From NCBI GenBank assembly GCA_014360745.1, contig JACIWY010000001.1:1-30370 (forward strand): a DNA stretch of 30,370 bases. Direction: 5' to 3'. The stretch comes from Chloroflexota bacterium (GTDB taxonomy: Bacteria; Chloroflexota; Anaerolineae; UBA1429). The stretch's first letter is position 1, and every line of letters begins with the position of its first letter. Position numbers and translations under genes: made by a program. Below the pieces are notes generated by a model, which saw only the letters and a list, made by a program, of their open reading frames with translations, made no database searches and had not been told where the DNA came from. Positions 26,798 through 30,370 of the stretch are shown here, one piece after another.

Positions 26798-27535
26798 ATG
26801 ATCATTTACCCGGCCATCGATCTGCGCAAGGGACGCTGCGTCCGCTTGCGCCAGGGGCTCGCCGAGGAGGAGACGGTGTTCGCCGACGACCCGCTTGAGG
26901 CCGCCGAACGCTGGGCCGCAGAGGGCGCCGAGTGGCTGCACGTCGTCAACCTGGACGGCGCCCTGGGCGAGGCCGGCGCGGCCAATCTGGCCGCGTTGGA
27001 ACGCATTCTCAGCTCGATCGCTTTGCCGGTGCAATTCGGCGGCGGTGTGCGCACGGTGGACGATGTAAGGCGCCTGATCGATTTGGGCGTGCGCCGCGTT
27101 ATCCTGGGCACGGTCGCTGTGCGCCAGCCGGAGGTCGTAGCGGAGGCTCTGGCTCGCCACGGGGAGGAAGCCATCGCCGTGGGCATCGACGCTCGCGATG
27201 GCCGGGTGGCTATCCACGGCTGGACCGACACCACCGAGATTGCGGCCGTCGACCTGGGCAGACGGATGGCCGGCCTGGGGGTATGCCACGCCATCTACAC
27301 CGATGTGGCCCGCGACGGGATGCTCAGCGGGGTGAATGTAAGCGCCACGGCGGCCCTGGCCCGCAAGACGGGGCTGAAGGTCATCGCTTCTGGCGGTGTG
27401 GCCTCGTTGGAAGACATCTGCGCGCTCAAAGCTCAAGAATCGGCGGGCATCGAGGGGGTGATCATCGGCATGGCGCTGTATCGCGGACACATTGCCCTGC
27501 CCGATGCGCTGCGGGTGGCCAAGGGTGAGGAGTAA
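26798..27535 (+). CDS. hisA: ProFAR isomerase
   Basis: [47 protein letters not shown]. Confidence 0.95.
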   Translation: MIIYPAIDLRKGRCVRLRQGLAEEETVFADDPLEAAERWAAEGAEWLHVVNLDGALGEAGAANLAALERILSSIALPVQFGGGVRTVDDVRRLIDLGVRRVILGTVAVRQPEVVAEALARHGEEAIAVGIDARDGRVAIHGWTDTTEIAAVDLGRRMAGLGVCHAIYTDVARDGMLSGVNVSATAALARKTGLKVIASGGVASLEDICALKAQESAGIEGVIIGMALYRGHIALPDALRVAKGEE

Positions 27536-27536
27536 C

Positions 27537-28295
27537 ATGCTGGCCAAACGTATCATTCCCTGCCTGGATGTCAAAGATGGGCGTGTGGTCAAGGGGGTCA
27601 ACTTCCTCGACCTGCGCGACGCTGGCGACCCCGTGGAACAGGCTCAAATCTATAGCCAAGAGCGGGCTGACGAGTTGGTCTTTTTGGACATCACCGCCTC
27701 GCACGAGCGCCGCGATATTGTAACCGACATGGTGCGCCGCGTGGCCGACGCCATCAATATCCCCTTTACCGTGGGGGGCGGCCTGCGCACCGTGGCCGAT
27801 TTGCGCAACATCCTACTGGCCGGCGCCGACAAGACCTCGATCAACAGCGCGGCGGTGCGCAACCCGGACTTGATCACCGAGGGGGCGATGCGCTTTGGTT
27901 CACAATGCATCGTCGTGGCCATTGACGCCAAGCGAGAGGCCAACGGCCGCTGGGGGGTGTATATCAACGGCGGGCGCATCCCCGTGGGGCGCGACGCCGT
28001 CGAGTGGGCTCGAGAGGCCGAGGCGCGAGGCGCGGGTGAGATCCTGCTCACCAGCATGGATCGCGACGGCACGCAGGACGGCTATGACATCCCCCTCACC
28101 CGCGCCGTGGCCGAGGCGGTGTCAATCCCCGTCATCGCCTCGGGCGGAGCGGGGGCGTTGGCCCATTTCTACGAGGCGCTCACCGAGGGCGGAGCCAGCG
28201 CGGCTCTGGCCGCCTCGCTCTTCCATTATCAACAATTGCGCGTGCCCGAGGTCAAGGAATATTTGCATGTCCGGGGCTTGCCGGTGCGGATGTAA
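27537..28295 (+). CDS. hisF: Imidazole glycerol phosphate synthase, cyclase subunit
   Basis: [64 protein letters not shown]. Confidence 0.97.
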   Translation: MLAKRIIPCLDVKDGRVVKGVNFLDLRDAGDPVEQAQIYSQERADELVFLDITASHERRDIVTDMVRRVADAINIPFTVGGGLRTVADLRNILLAGADKTSINSAAVRNPDLITEGAMRFGSQCIVVAIDAKREANGRWGVYINGGRIPVGRDAVEWAREAEARGAGEILLTSMDRDGTQDGYDIPLTRAVAEAVSIPVIASGGAGALAHFYEALTEGGASAALAASLFHYQQLRVPEVKEYLHVRGLPVRM

Positions 28296-28324
28296 TCGGC
28301 GATCCGGGGCTGGGGAGCATTGGG

Positions 28325-29029
28325 ATGCATCGTATCAAGGCTGTCCTGTTCGATCTGGATGGCACCCTGATCGAGACAGACAATCGCTGGGCCGAGATCT
28401 TGGCCCACCGCCTGGCGCCGTTGCGTTGTCTGCTGCCCGGGCTGGATACCAACACCCTGGCGCGCAAGATGGTAATGAGCATCGAGATGCCGGGCAATTA
28501 CCTCATCGCACTGATCGAGCGGCTGGGACTCAGTCCTCTCATTGCCGGCCTTGCCGATCGCGTACGCCGCTCCAAGGGTCTGGCGACCCGCGAGCGGATC
28601 CCCCTCGTGGAAGGCACCCAACGGCTGATCGAAGCCCTGGCGCCCCACTACAAGCTGGCCGTGGTCACCACCCGCGCCCGCCCCGAGGCCCAGGCTTTTG
28701 TGGCCGCTACCGGACTAGGGGCCCATTTTTCGGCGGTCATAAGCCGCCAGGATGTATGGTGGATGAAGCCTCACCCCGCGCCGGTGATCGAGGCCGCACG
28801 TCGGCTCGGCGTGGCGCCGGAACACTGCCTCTTGGTGGGCGATACGGTCATGGACATAAGGGCCGCCAAAGCCTCCGGCGCCATGGCGGTGGGGGTGCTC
28901 TCCGGATTCGGTGACCGCCGCGAATTGGAATGCGCCGGCGCCGATCTCATTTTGGAACGGGCGGATAAATTGCTGCCCTATTTGTTGCCGAACGAATCGG
29001 GCGACCAACAAGAAGACCGGCGCTCATAG
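28325..29029 (+). CDS. HAD-superfamily hydrolase (phosphoglycolate-phosphatase-like)
   Basis: FDLDGTL (motif I), VVTT (II), KPHP (III), GDTVMD (IV); 29 bp after hisF. Confidence 0.88.
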   Translation: MHRIKAVLFDLDGTLIETDNRWAEILAHRLAPLRCLLPGLDTNTLARKMVMSIEMPGNYLIALIERLGLSPLIAGLADRVRRSKGLATRERIPLVEGTQRLIEALAPHYKLAVVTTRARPEAQAFVAATGLGAHFSAVISRQDVWWMKPHPAPVIEAARRLGVAPEHCLLVGDTVMDIRAAKASGAMAVGVLSGFGDRRELECAGADLILERADKLLPYLLPNESGDQQEDRRS

Positions 29030-29065
29030 CGAGACGCCGGTCCTCGATGATTTCTTGGCCTTGGC

Positions 29066-29593
29066 CTACGTGGTGACGCGAATCTGCTCTGTTGCCTCGA
29101 TGGACCATAGTTTGTCCGCACCTTCGAGCCGGTCGAGGTACAGGATGCCGTCCAAATGGTCGTTTTCATGCTGGAAGGCCTGGGCCAGTAGTCCCTCAGC
29201 CCGATAACGCACCGGCTTGCCCCTGAGATCCTGCCCTTTGATGACCACATAAGTAGCCCGCTTTACCAGGCCGCGATACCCCGGCACCGACAAGCACCCC
29301 TCTTCCATCTCTTCCTCGCCCCGCGTTTTGACGATCTCGGGGTTCACCAGGATATATCGCTCGGCGGGGGCCACCTCATGGCCCTCTTCATCGACCTCCG
29401 GGGGCATTTCGACGATGAACACACGCTGAGGCACGCCGATCTGCGGCGCAGCGAGCCCCAATCCCTGAGCCGCATGCAACGTGTCGAACATGTCCCGCAC
29501 CAGGCGCTGCAAGCTATCGCCAAACTGGGTGACCTTGATCGCCTTTTTGTGCAACAGCGGGTGCTCCGCCGTCAGAATCGGTCGCACGGCCAT
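29066..29593 (-). CDS. def: Peptide deformylase
   Basis: GLGLAAPQIG, EGCLSVP, QHENDHLDG. Confidence 0.96.
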   Translation of the reverse strand: MAVRPILTAEHPLLHKKAIKVTQFGDSLQRLVRDMFDTLHAAQGLGLAAPQIGVPQRVFIVEMPPEVDEEGHEVAPAERYILVNPEIVKTRGEEEMEEGCLSVPGYRGLVKRATYVVIKGQDLRGKPVRYRAEGLLAQAFQHENDHLDGILYLDRLEGADKLWSIEATEQIRVTT

Positions 29594-29634
29594 GATCCTA
29601 TCTCACCATCCAATATTTGAGTAATTTGGTCATA

Positions 29635-30330
29635 TTATATATCGTGGGCGGAGGACGTCAAAATCGTCTCGTACAACCCGCCTGCGAATTCCTTACCAAA
29701 CCGGCTCGGACAACCCGGCTCAGTGGCAACGATGCGTTCTTGTGCTTCCACGACATACTCGGGCATTACCTCGATGCCCACGTAATCACGGCAGAGGCCC
29801 TTGGCCGCCACACCTGTCGTGCCGGACCCCATGAAGGGATCTAACACCAGGTCCCCCTCGACGGTGAACAATTTGATGAACCATTCTGGAAGCCCAACAG
29901 GAAAGACGGCGCTATGGGCCCGATTCGAGCACTCTGTGGCCATGTGCAAGACATTTGTAGGATAGACCTTATCCCTACCCAGCCAATTAGACACATTTTT
30001 GCCAAAGCCGCTGTTCACCCTGGATTCATCCCGGCGCCTGTCCGTCTCGCTCAAATTCTTTAAGCGAGCCTCGGCCCAATCCCCCATGGGTACCATAACG
30101 GCTTCCTGATACATGTTGAACCTGCGCCGCTTGGTGAAATGAAGGCACCTTTCCCAGGCATCTCGAAACCTATTTGGCCACTTGCCAGGGTAGCAGTTCT
30201 TCTTGTGCCAGCAATACTCTTCCGTCCATAACCACCCATGCTTTCTCATTTCAAGGATGAGTTCGATGACGTAGGTGTGCCGTTCCCCGTTCACCACTCT
30301 TTCCTTAATATTGAGGACGAACGAGCCCCA
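29635..30330 (-). pseudogene. 5'-truncated N4/N6 (beta-class) DNA methyltransferase
   Basis: GSFVLNIKE...WHKKNCYPGKW...HSAVFP...VLDPFMGSGTT (motif I). No SPPY/DPPY motif IV in frame. In-frame TGA at 30336-30334 with non-homologous sequence upstream. Confidence 0.7.
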
Positions 30331-30331
30331 C

Positions 30332-30357
30332 CGTCATCTTCCGGCCCGACCGGGGAT
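30332..30357 (+). repeat. CGTC-tagged REP-like hairpin at the methyltransferase breakpoint
   Basis: CGTC-ATCTTCCGG-CCCGA-CCGGGGAT (bulged stem); only one copy in the window. Confidence 0.4.
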
Positions 30358-30370
30358 CTCCTGCCGCCGA

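Noticed and set aside
30334-30336. In-frame TGA in the MTase as selenocysteine or read-through
   Set aside because: The upstream frame (RRQEIPGRAGR) is not MTase-like; this is a truncation junction.
30330-30370. Group II intron 3' end or IS terminus
   Set aside because: No domain V (catalytic triad stem) or terminal inverted repeat recognisable in the available 40 nt.
1-30370. CRISPR arrays, tRNA/rRNA genes, transposases or integrases
   Set aside because: None seen; intergenic regions are short and lack repeat-spacer periodicity or cloverleaf motifs.

Overview
GC-rich bacterial chromosomal segment, most likely Chloroflexota/Anaerolineae. This is an inference from the GT-C membrane protein with its characteristic C-terminal beta-domain and from the REP style. 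From left to right: (1) a minus-strand Ord/DapB-like NAD(P)-dependent dehydrogenase running off the left edge, missed by the ORF track; (2) an hpnK-hpnI-ykoP-like operon without hpnJ; (3) a GT-C membrane protein, an alpha/beta hydrolase and a URO-D-fold protein; (4) hisI-hisG; (5) a second URO-D-fold protein with a tetra-Cys lipoprotein, and a class I methyltransferase; (6) a split transketolase coupled to a phosphonoacetate-hydrolase-like gene; (7) a PEP-CTERM-type surface protein divergent from a GT2; (8) full-length Lhr behind a promoter with a LexA-like box; (9) hisDCBHAF plus a HAD phosphatase; (10) def and a 5'-truncated, lower-GC DNA methyltransferase ending at a REP-like hairpin. No rRNA, tRNA, CRISPR array or transposase was seen. 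The best candidates for undescribed biology are the variant transketolase + PhnA-like unit, the HpnK/HpnI/YkoP lipid-modification unit, the PEP-CTERM protein in a probable monoderm, and the His-Met-Asp URO-D subfamily. All functional calls come from motif reading; no database searches were run.
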